Positions 62,959 through 64,000 of a stretch of DNA of 64,000 nucleotides are shown here, piece after piece. The position numbers and the translations under genes are program-made. The notes below the pieces were generated by a model that had not been told where the DNA came from, made no database searches, and saw only the letters and a program-made list of their open reading frames with translations. Source of the DNA: Paramoeba atlantica (lineage: Eukaryota > Protista > Discosea); the NCBI GenBank assembly GCA_977017575.1, contig CDRNVI010000012.1, positions 372,001 to 436,000 of the forward strand, in the 5' to 3' direction. The first letter of the stretch is position 1; each line of letters begins with the position of its first letter.

Positions 62959-64000
62959 CTACTTCCATATCCTTATCGTCCGATCAACACTCACTGCGGC
63001 AAACTGCTTGTGCACGGAACTCCACGCAATGTCTCTGACACAAACCTTCGGCTCCGTTCGTTGCAGCACAACCTCTTTTTCCTTCGTATCCAACACAAAC
63101 ACCCCGCCCATCGCCCCCAACACCAAATACCTCCCACTATCCTCCACCCTCATCTTCCCACACTGCGCCGTGAACCGCACCTCCGGATGGGTCCACCGAA
63201 ACAGCGGAACGCTCTCCTGCCGTCTATCCCACCCCTGCACCACCCCATCCTGTCCACTGGAGTACATCCCATACTCCCGCACGGGACACAACTCCACCCC
63301 GAGCACCGCCCCTCGGTGCTGGGCAGGGGCTCCCCCCGCCTGCTCCTGCTTCGTCCTCCCCCCCGTTCGCGTATCCCACACCCGCACCCTCCCATCACTG
63401 TGCGCCGTCACCACCCCGCCCCAGGAAAACCCGGGAGGCACCGCGAGGTCGTTCACCCGGGAACCACTGGTGGCTCTCCACACCGTAGTCCCTCCCCCCG
63501 CAATATCCCACTTCCGCAGCCCCCCGTCACGGGTCGCGCTGTAGGCGTGGGAGGGGTCCCCGACCGAGGAGCCCGGACCCGCTCCCCCCGCGGCTACCGC
63601 TGCGCTCCCCCCCGAGCCCGCGACCACCGCGAGGGCGGTGATGGGGACCGCGGGGCCGGAGAGCTGGCAGCGGTACCGGCGGGAGGGGGCGTGGAGGACG
63701 ACCACGGTGCCGTCCCAGCAGCCCGCGAGCAGGACCGCGGGGGAGCACGCGAGGGCTTGGATGGCACTGGAGACGACATGGGTGGTGGTGGGGGGCGTGG
63801 GCGTTGTCGTCGCACTTCTACTCGTTGTATTCGTTAGAGTGCTACTCGTTGTACGTAGTAGAGTACTCGAGGTACGGGTCGTACTCCTTGTAGTCATAGG
63901 GGTAGTTGTAGGGATAGCTGTACGGTTCGTTGTAGGGTTCGTTGTAGGGTTCGTTGTAGGGTTCGTTGTAGGGATAGTTGTAGGGTTCGTTGTAGTTGTA
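62959..64000 (-). CDS. Partial WD40 protein, ATG16L-like C-terminal propeller, preceded by a Thr/Pro-rich linker; N-terminus outside the window
   Basis: GSRVNDL, VTAHSDGRVRVWDTR, SSGQDG, SGRYLVLG, DRTIRIW; frame open from 63999 (TTTTNPTTIPTTNP...). Confidence 0.75.
   Translation of the reverse strand, partial: TTTTNPTTIPTTNPTTNPTTNPTTNRTAIPTTTPMTTRSTTRTSSTLLRTTSSTLTNTTSRSATTTPTPPTTTHVVSSAIQALACSPAVLLAGCWDGTVVVLHAPSRRYRCQLSGPAVPITALAVVAGSGGSAAVAAGGAGPGSSVGDPSHAYSATRDGGLRKWDIAGGGTTVWRATSGSRVNDLAVPPGFSWGGVVTAHSDGRVRVWDTRTGGRTKQEQAGGAPAQHRGAVLGVELCPVREYGMYSSGQDGVVQGWDRRQESVPLFRWTHPEVRFTAQCGKMRVEDSGRYLVLGAMGGVFVLDTKEKEVVLQRTEPKVCVRDIAWSSVHKQFAAVSVDRTIRIWK
63880..64000. repeat. 12-bp tandem repeat (GGGTTCGTTGTA) encoding (PTTN)n
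   Basis: Direct tandem units within the open frame. Confidence 0.8.

Noticed and set aside
63010-63837. 275-aa plus-strand ORF and other Pro/Arg-rich ORFs such as 44765-45400
   Set aside because: Alternative-frame artefacts of GC-rich, skewed sequence overlapping real genes
63880-64000. Possible telomere (TAGGGTT-like repeat at the window end)
   Set aside because: The unit is 12 bp, imperfect and in frame as a Thr/Pro linker of the WD40 ORF
1-64000. Prokaryotic operon interpretation of the co-oriented genes
   Set aside because: Gene content is eukaryotic (STT3, proteasome alpha7, SRPK, DMC1, prohibitin, small Tim) and functionally unrelated

Overview
Eukaryotic genomic DNA with no apparent introns. 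About 33 host protein-coding genes all lie on the minus strand, several preceded by pyrimidine-rich tracts. This unidirectional layout, the short mitochondrial-type presequences and the prohibitin/STT3 sequences point to a kinetoplastid-type polycistronic unit, with gene density compatible with a Perkinsela-like Prokinetoplastina (inference, not verified). Recognisable genes include a GTDC1/QTMAN-like glycosyltransferase, a PPR-TrmB fusion, PIF1, a degenerate GNL3/Nug1, IMPACT, STT3, a DUF155/RMD1 protein, a histidine acid phosphatase, an MFS sugar porter, a MYND/MSS51-like protein, proteasome alpha7, MscS, DMC1, a 2-hydroxyacid dehydrogenase, a small Tim, a STE20 kinase, SRPK, CacyBP/SIP, SBDS, prohibitin 1, a metallo-beta-lactamase and an ATG16-like WD40 protein. 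Intergenic DNA is densely populated by class II transposons: a Merlin-like remnant, a hAT deletion derivative, a decayed Tc1 and many mostly TA-flanked MITEs, one set nested three deep and one carrying a tRNA-like Pol III box A/B cassette. The most striking structure is a 2,597-bp TA-flanked palindromic Tc1 element (49750-52346) with apparently identical 1,224-bp arms, each carrying the DD34E domain, and a 12-bp templated stop-codon insertion at the junction. Local GC-rich islands with an inversion of GC skew also recur.
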